Source of the DNA: Rebecca billardiae RCC1528 | Taxonomy: Eukaryota > Protista > Haptophyta | Length of the DNA: 64,000 bases | Assembly: GCA_965240325.2 (NCBI GenBank) | Contig: OZ251229.1 | Location: 1,364,001-1,428,000, forward strand | Direction of reading: 5' to 3' | In this document: positions 55,958 to 64,000 of the stretch, in pieces | Layout of the letters: each line of letters begins with the position of its first letter | How positions within the stretch are numbered: the first letter of the stretch is position 1 | Position numbers and translations under genes: made by a program | The notes under the pieces: model-generated | Seen by the model: the letters and a program-made list of their open reading frames with translations, nothing else | The model's database searches: none | Told to the model about the DNA's origin: nothing

Positions 55958-57551
55958 GGCACGCGTTCGCCCGCCCGCCCAGGTCAGATCCGGTCCGCAC
56001 GACCTCGGCCGGGTGCGCGCGGGCGCGCGGCTAGAAGGGGGGCGGGCGCAAGACGTACGTGCGTGTCGCGAGCGGTGTGTGCGGGAGCGTCTCGGCGGAG
56101 GTCCTGCGGGGCGGCGCGGTCGGAGATCGTGCGCGTGGATCGACCCGAGGTCAGCCCGCCGCGCGAGCGCGCGCTCGCCGCGCACTCCCGGCGCCCAATC
56201 CCGCGCCCCCTTGCGCGTTTCGCGCGCCCGCCCGCACATCTTGGTGCCCCGCCCTTTCACGCCCGAGCGAAGGCGAACGAGGGCAAACGGGCGGTGCGCA
56301 CTCGTGGCCAACGCTTGGTGCCGGCCGTCATCACGTACCACTCGCAATAATTACCACCCTGGCGAGCCTGAGAAATCGTGGTGCTCGCTTTCCTATTGGC
56401 CGCCGCACCAACCAGGAGCCTTCTCAAAAAGTCCGATGCGCCCTTGTTTCGTCGGCCAAAACCGAGCCTCGCCGGACTTTTTTCGTTGGGCGCGAAATTT
56501 GCCGCGCAGGAGCCGCTGCGCCGTGTCGTCGCGCACTCGCGCAGTCTGAATCTGTCTGATCAAAGGAATCAAGTCTGATCGCGGAGATTGCATGGGGCAA
56601 GACGTAAGATGGGCGGAAGAACGGGCTGCACAGCGGGGGGGCGGGCGCGACGCGACGTGAGTCGCCGCACGTGCATGCTGCCATAAGTATGCGCCATTTT
56701 CTGTGTCTCTCGGATTTGCGCTCTCGCCTGCGTCGCCATGCTGCGACACTCCGTCCGAACGCTTCATACGGGTAGTTGGGCGGTACTCACTGCGCTGCAC
56801 CCGCGCCACAGTGCCGGTCAGGCCCGACTGGACAGATCGGGGTCACTCGTGTGATGCGTCTCGACCAGTTCGCTCATGTCGCACATGGTCGCGTGGGGCA
56901 CGCGGATAGCAACGTGGTCAGCGTCCAACCCCACCGCAAGCGGGTGGGGTCAAGCGCAAAAGACTGGCCAGCCACGGCCAACCAGCGCGCCGCGGCGGCC
57001 CGGGGCCGGCCCGCGGCTCGGACCTGTCCGAGGTGACCTGGCGACGTCGGCCAAGTAGCCCAGCAAAGGCTGAATGCATGCCGACTGTGTCCGCTCTGCG
57101 GCAACACATCGGCAGACGGCTCAGTCGAACATTCGGTGGGGATCAGATCAGGGCATCCGCGCCTCAATCCGGCAGCCTGGTGCCCAGCCGGGCTGTCGAA
57201 CGCGGCACTCGATCGGCCCGTCCGAGAGGGCCGTAACCGAGAGCGGCCGGACGGGTGGACTGGCCCATCACTCCTATGAGGTTGCCGCCGGTGGTGCCGG
57301 AGGCCAGGCCGCCCGCTGACGGCCGCGTGCGCCGCGGGCGGCCGGCCTGAGACCTCCTCAGGCTGAGCCGCGACTGTGGCCACCGGCACCGCTCGACTCG
57401 CAGTCACTCCGCTCGAGTACGCGACCGGTGCGCCCGCGCCCGATCGGCCCGATGAACCGCGGAGGGCGCGGAGGGTCTGGCCTGGATCAGACGGCCTCGT
57501 CAGGCCAGCTATCATCCGGTGATACTATGTGTCATGTGACCGCCGGCTGAT

Positions 57552-59267
57552 TCAGGACGCTGACGATCGGCCTAGGGCTGGGAACAGCCACGCCAGCGTG
57601 TGCCCGGCGCCGCCAGTGTCGTCGCCTTTAGCAGCGCCGCGCCGCTGATCGCTGCCAGGCTTGCCACTGCCACCCGCGCCGGGCTTGCCGCCGGAGGGCT
57701 TGACCGCTGCCCAGGCTTCGACGTCCACGCGAGAGGATTCCGACTCTGAGTCCATGCTGTCCGTCTCCTCCACCACCAGATCCGCCGGCACGGGCAGCAT
57801 GCGCATCGAGATGCGCATCGAGAGCGCCTGCGGCTCGATCGTCGGATCCATGTACTCCTGCAGGCCGATCATCGTGAGATGCTGGATGCGCTTCTCGACC
57901 CGCTCATCCGGATAGGCGGCCGCGGCCACCTCGTTGGCCCCAACCACCGTGATGATGACGAGGCCACCCACGATCGTGTACAGCGACGGGATCTCGGCGA
58001 GCACGAGGAAGGTGAGCAGCGGGCTGATGAATGCCTCGATCTGCATCAGCAGCGCCAGCTCGGTGCCCGAGACCAGCAGGCACGCGATCACGACGAGCGC
58101 GTCGAAGAAGCTCGACAAGCCGCTGAGGAAGAGCCAGACGAGCGCCATCGGGTCCTCCGGCATCAGCGGCTCTCCCGGCGGGTGCAGGTTGAGCAGGAAG
58201 GCCCAGCCGATGGCAAACGACAGGAAGCCGCCAAACATCTCCGCGACCATCATCGGCGCGTTGGGCGCGGTGATCGACGCCGCCTGGCGCGGAGTGGGGT
58301 GGGCCGGGGGGCGAGCGGGAAGGGGAGCTGGGCTGTGAGAGGATGCGCGCGCGCAGCCCGCGGTCTTCCTCGCCGGGCGTGGATGCTGCGCTGTCGGCTA
58401 GCTGGCAGGGCAGGCGCGCGGGCCGAGGGTGCGCTCGCGCGCTCGCACCTGGTACACGGTGAAATTGGCGGCACCGACGATGCCCGCGGCGATCGCGCAC
58501 AGGATGCCCATGACGGACTCCACGGTGCCGTCCGCGCCAAACTCGTTCCGCACGCCGTACGCGACGACGCCGCAGCCGAGCAGCGCGATGCCAACAGCGA
58601 TGCGCGTGCGCAGCGGCACGATGATGGAGAGGTACAGCCACGTCATGATCGCGCTCCACATCGGCCCGAGCGCCGCGAATGCGAGCACGTTGGCGCTCGT
58701 CGTGTACGTGAAGCCCAGCGTGTAGCAGATGCTCTCGAGCGCGCCCAGCAAGACGGCATACCCCATATAATACCACCCACGTGGGGTCGGCTTCTCGAGC
58801 AACGGGCCGCTCTGCTGCGGGTACCAGCGGTCAATGCCGTGCATGGTGGCGATGATGAGGCTCATGACGACGGTGGAGGCGCCGTACTTGACGATGATCA
58901 CGACCGCAGGCGAAGCGCCCGCGTCGCCCGCCATCTTGATCAGGAGCGCATCACACGAGAGGGCAACGATCGCGACCGTCGCGAGTGGGATGCCCACTTT
59001 CCTGCCGTAGTTGCGCGTGGACGGCTCGACGAAGCTGGCTCTGCGGGTCTCCTTGGAGAGCGCGGCCGGGTGCTTTGGCAGCTTGGCCGGGGGAGAGCGC
59101 ACCTTCATCGGGCTGCCTTTGATGTACGGCCGAAGCCGCGTAGGCTCCTCCACGCGCAGCATCGTTGATGTAGTCTTCGTCAAGGCTGGCGGGTGCTGCC
59201 CAGCCGGGGGCGAGCCGATTCGCACTCTACACGGAAGATTCGTTCCGGACTCTGTGGGTGTAGCCAT
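57552..59267 (-). CDS. EamA/DMT-family transporter; exons 59267-58449 and 58283-57552
   Basis: About 10 TM helices, including TTSANVLAFAALGPMWSAI..W.YL and ALLMQIE.FISPL.TFLVL.E.PS..TIVGG. One GT-AG intron. Confidence 0.85.
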
Positions 59268-61177
59268 CGGATTCAGGAGGGGGTTCAACTCACCCCATCC
59301 GGTTTCGGCGTCTTACATCATTGAGCCTGGCTCAATATTCATCGAGGAAGGTGATCACTCATAATGTTGCGTAGTGGTTCCGAACCACAAGTCCACAACT
59401 ACTTCATACGGCTCATTAACGATGAGAATGAACTTGCAGCTGAGAAATCGTCTGATGAGTGATCATTGACGAATGTTCGCCGGAGCGGTCACCTCAAGCG
59501 GTTGCCCGGTGATCGGCGTCCGGCCTCCTGCCGCCGGGCGGGCGCGGTTGCGGCGGCGAAGGTGCCAGCGTAGTCACTTCCAGCGTGTCGCAAACGCAGG
59601 CGGCAGGCGGCTGCCGTCACCGGCGGTCGGCGCCGTTACCGCGGACGGCACTCAGCGGACGCGGGCTGACCCCCCTCTCGCAAGCCCCTCCGGCGGGAGA
59701 CTGGCCGGAGCCGGAGGGCGCGCAGACCGCACAGTCCGCTGCCGGGCCGTACGCCCCGAGTAGCCCGATCAGTCATCGCGTGAATTAGTGCCACGTTGCT
59801 GTTCGGTCAGCTGAGCTGACAGCATCCGACTTACAGATTACCACACAGTCTGCACCCGCGGCGTCATTGAAGCCGCTGCGCACGCGCAGTATGGATGGGG
59901 ATAATCTCAAAGTGTCGATGACGACGAATACTGTACTTGCGACTCATCATCAGTCTGTCAGGGATTCCGATCGGATCGAGGCATCAGCGTAGTAACTAGC
60001 AGTAGTAACAAGTCTACGGTAGGCTGCCGGGTAAGTCGGCGCAGGCGCGCAGCCAATCGATCGTAACCGAGTGACTGCGTCTGCGAGACTTAGCACACTG
60101 CACAGCGGGCAGTTACCTGTGATCACTGATTAGCATCTCACTAGCTGTCGCCTGTCAGCAGCCATCAGCTGGCAATACTGCTTAATAGTCTCGTCGGGCT
60201 GCCGTAGTGGCGCGCAGATCGTCATGCGCGACGAGACGCGCCGCTTCAGCCTCGCGCCATGCACCGTGCTGCGAGCAGTGGGTGGACAGCAACCGACAGC
60301 AGTCTCCCTCCGTTGCGTACGAGGTGCTCAAACCCGACGGCAGCACCGTGCTCGCCGAGTGCGGGCAGATCTCGCTGGCGAGCTCGCCGCTGCAGCTCTC
60401 TCGGCAGGGCCTCGTGCTGCCCGGGTGCACGGTGCGAGTCCACGCCGGCGACGCCGATCACGAGATGCGCGGGGTGGTGACAGGAGCGCATCCGGCGGCG
60501 GTGGTCGGAGCACAGCAGTGCTCCCTCCCGTGGTACGCGGCGCGCCGCCGTCGGCGCTCATGCCCCCACGATGGCGTGTAACGACGAGGAGGCTTCGCGC
60601 CGTCGATGCGGAGCCGGGGCTGCGGATCCGTGCCGCTGCCAGGGCGCCGCGGTGTCACGGCACTACAATACGCGACTCGCTGCTGGCACAATCCGTGCTC
60701 TGCCACTCAATCAGTGCCAGTTCATTCATTAACCTAATTTACAAATGACGACTACTTAGTAAGACTAGGAACCATCACTGTGAAGACTACGTAATGACTC
60801 AGTCGGCCGGACTGACCTTGTAGCCGTAGCTTAGAGTACGCTTAATAAGTAGGCAGCGGTCCGCGAGCAGCCTGCGACGACTATTGCCTACTGCTGGGAG
60901 TGATAAGCCGCTGGCAGTATTATAATAGCTCGTCAATCATCATTACTCACACGGAGGCGCCTACTACTACCAATAACTCATTGTCAACTTACAGCTATCA
61001 GCAAGCCACTAGCCAGGCGGTCCGACGACACTTTGTGAACACTGCTGAATCAGTGAACAGCAGAGCAACCGATGGCCGATTGCGGATTGGCCGTACTCGG
61101 CGACTGTTATAGTTACCGAGCGAGCATACGTCTCCGCTTACTTGAGACTCTGAGTCAGCGTGATAACTGAATAATGA

Positions 61178-62480
61178 TGGCCCGCGGTGCAGGGCGGAGC
61201 GCGCAGCGTGGAGCCCGCACCAGCGGGCCCGAACCACGTTTCAAAAAGATCTTTGATCAAGAAAAAAGGGACGGGGGGCGGCGGAAAAAAAGGGACGGGG
61301 GGCGATTTTTAGGGCTGGCGGAGACCGAGTTTCGAGTTTTTGAGATCGCATTGAGAGGTCTATCAGGCCAAAAAAAACCGCGCCCAGCTGATTCCCTTAA
61401 GTAAAGTGCGATCTAGGGACGTCAGCTGGACGTGACATTAGTGTAACGGTTCGTTACGAGCGAATCGTACTCGTCTTCCCGGATCGCGTGACGTCCGGAC
61501 TGGGCCACATCCGGATCGTCGGAGGTGACGTGCCCCGGCACGATGGGCGATGGCGGATATGCGCGGGACGGCGCCTGCACGTGCCTCCGGACCCGCCTCC
61601 CGCTTGCTGCTCACGCAGTCAGCTGCGACCGTGGCGCATGATCGCAGAAGCAGTGCCGGCAGTACGGCCTGCATCAGCTAGTGCCGCGCCGTCGTGGCGC
61701 GCGCGGTACGGTTGCGCGTTTGCAGCGCTCGCCGCTCGGCGACGGCACGCGCGTGCGGCTCAGGTGTGTCAAATGCGGTCTCGTCGGCGCGCTTTCGCCT
61801 GCCACCTCGTGCACCCGTGCCGCCAGTTTCATCGTCTTCATGAGGACTGCTGCTGCTGTCGCCATCCGCTCTCCATCACCCCGAGTCGCCGGTCGCGCGG
61901 CGCGCGCGGTAGGCACTAGGCAGGGCGTACGGTCACTCACCCGTGCAACGGGTCAAGTGGCCAGAGTACGTCTGGTCGTTGGCTGGCACGGGCCGCAGCG
62001 CTAAAGCACCCTGCTGTCACACCCGACTCCTTCAGTACTCCGAGCTCCGCGGCACGACTCACTCGGCACGATCGCGGACGGGTCGGATCCGAGCTGATCA
62101 GCCAGAGTTGGACACAGTTGACAGTATGGCAGCTACTATGCAGTAGTAGTAATTCCGATGCCGATGGCACGATCGCGGACGGGTCGGATCCGAGCTGATC
62201 AGCCAGTTGGACATTTGGCAGCTAGTTGTCAGACGGACGTCCGATTTGACGACCGGTGCCGGGTGCGGTCTCAGGTCCGCTGCTGTGATTGTGTGAAGTG
62301 TGACGAATGAGTCTCGCGGTCGCGCAGGCAGGGCGACGGTCGGACTAATATAGCTTCAGTCATCTCAGAACCGACTTCAACTGGCGAACTGCCACTACGG
62401 CGGAGAGCCGCGATTGCACGGCCACCGCGGGCCCCCAACTGCGTTGATTCTATGCAGAAAAGGACCGCGGAACGCGGTCA
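61178..62480 (+). mobile_element. Family H element, complete 1303-bp copy with different internal sequence
   Basis: A|TGGCCCGCGGTGCA ... CACCGCGGGCC ... GACCGCGGAACGCGGTCA|T. Confidence 0.85.
62065..62206. repeat. 41-bp direct repeat
   Basis: GGCACGATCGCGGACGGGTCGGATCCGAGCTGATCAGCCAG at ~62065 and ~62166. Confidence 0.85.
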
Positions 62481-62889
62481 TATTTCCGAACAGTTATTGA
62501 TATATCAGATAACACTTAACAGCATCAGTCTCAGCAGCAGCATCGCACATAATTGTTCGTCACGAGTAACTAGTGCGCGGCCCGTCGGCCGGGCGCCAGG
62601 CTCAGCCAGCGCCGGTCGTCCGTTAGGCGTTACCGTTGCCACCGGTCCAGTGCTGCGTGCCGCCGCCGCCCCGCGGCCGCGCTGCTGAGTGCTGACTGCT
62701 CACTGCTGACTCTGCAGACAGTAGAGGCCAGAGATGACGCGCACGCCTCAGCAGAGTCCGAGCTGAAGCTCAGGCGAGATTGACGCCATCATCAATTCTA
62801 CTCAGCCACCGCGGTACCGCCCCATGGCCATGACTCAGCCGTCACACCGATGGTACCTGTAACTACTACTAGTAACACTGTCGTCTGCT

Positions 62890-63418
62890 TTGGCCCTGGC
62901 AAGATATTTGAAATTTGTTTTGCACTATTGCCAGCGCGATTCTGCGAGACAATATTGTTCAAATAAACGGCAATATATCTGGGGCTTCCAGACGTCTGGA
63001 GCCGAATATCGGTCATATTGCCGTCCCACGGTCCCACCGCCGACCGCGTCCAGCAGGCTCCAGACGACCACACGACCGCCGATCTACCGCGACATGGCCC
63101 CTTCTCGACCAGAACAACATGCCTCTGGCAGTCGGCCAGCTCGTCGAGGACGAGATCATCGGCAAGGGACGCGTCGAGCTGCTCGGCGAGGCCCGGTCCG
63201 ACGGCATGGCGGCCAGGTGCAGCCATCCACTTTGAGGAGGACGGCGAGACCAAGTGAGTCGTCAGACGACGATGAGCCTTCACGGTCGGGGGCCACGCGC
63301 GGGCCGCGCGGCGCAGCGATATTCGATCAATATTGTGCAATATCTGCACTGAGAGGCTAGCGAATATCAAATAATACGATATTCTGGCCATCGGGAGGCA
63401 ATATCTTGCCAGGGGCAA
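62890..63418. mobile_element. 529-bp MITE with 19-bp TIRs and an 8-bp TSD (hAT-like)
   Basis: TTG[G/C]CCCTGGCAAGATATT inverted termini. CGTCTGCT is duplicated at 62882-62889 and 63419-63426. Confidence 0.85.
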
Positions 63419-63433
63419 CGTCTGCTGAGTTCA

Positions 63434-64000
63434 TGGCCCGCGGTGTAGGGCGGAGCGCGTAGCGTGGAGCCCCGCCGGGGGCCCTCACTACGTTGTCAAA
63501 AAGATCTTTTCATCTTTTGATCAAAGAAAAGGGGACGGGGGACGATTTTGAGGGGTGTTGGAGGGTGAGTTTTCGCTTTTTCGAGGGGTACGTTGGCCCA
63601 TAGTGCTCTGCATTAGCAACTACGCGCTTGACGAAATAAGCGCGCCCACGCCATTCCGCATAAGTCGATGGACGGACGTGGGATCAGATACCCCGGGGGT
63701 GAAACAAGTGAGTATTTTTGTCATTCTTGTATGCTGGAGTACGAGTTTGCCGAGCGACGTTTGATTGTTTCGAGTCAAAAACTTGTTATGAGAAGGATCC
63801 CAGCAAAACCGTTTAATTGGAGCTACGGGAGCTACGACCTGATGGAGATCGCCGTAAACGCTATTATCTCGTTTGGTTTTGATTCTTGCCGAAGCAGAGA
63901 TAACCGTGATCACTATCTATCTCCATTCGATCTTACGCGAAGGATCCCAGCAAAACCGTTAATTGGAGCTACGGGAGCTACGACCGCTAATGGAGATCGC
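63434..64000 (+). mobile_element. Family H element 5' part, running off the window, with an internal ~147-bp-period repeat
   Basis: A|TGGCCCGCGGTG start and homology to 590-909 (reverse complement). GAAGGATCCCAGCAAAACCGTT...GGAGATCGC occurs at ~63792 and ~63938. Confidence 0.82.

Noticed and set aside
60207-60581. Coding-like fragment (AYEVLKPDGSTVL...)
   Set aside because: It has no in-frame ATG near the start and no recognisable domain; at most a relic.

Overview
This is very GC-rich eukaryotic nuclear DNA with GT-AG and many GC-AG introns made almost entirely of G/C. A signal-peptide-bearing Cdc48 points to an alga with a complex red plastid; the composition fits a haptophyte such as Pavlovales (inference). 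About 16 protein genes can be supported: WD40-like, F-box/ankyrin-like repeat, PHO80-type cyclin, alpha/beta hydrolase, SCAPER-like, SELMA-type Cdc48, Cys-rich membrane protein, SRP54, GT25-like, RING-CH E3, HSF, a multi-TM protein, an SPX-PRPP synthetase fusion, a hypothetical protein, 3R-MYB and an EamA/DMT transporter. The intergenic DNA is full of non-autonomous transposons. Main highlights: (1) an SPX phosphate/inositol-pyrophosphate sensor domain fused in frame to a class I PRPP synthetase; (2) a five-copy element family inserting at A^T, with asymmetric inverted repeats and a 3' terminal hairpin (Helitron2-like), including a copy nested in reverse inside a sister copy, which forms a 2-kb foldback; (3) a head-to-tail dimer of a 3138-bp element inside one target-site duplication; (4) a ubiquitin-like RLRGG motif ending the Cdc48 presequence. 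All exon/intron calls were made by eye, and no database searches were run.
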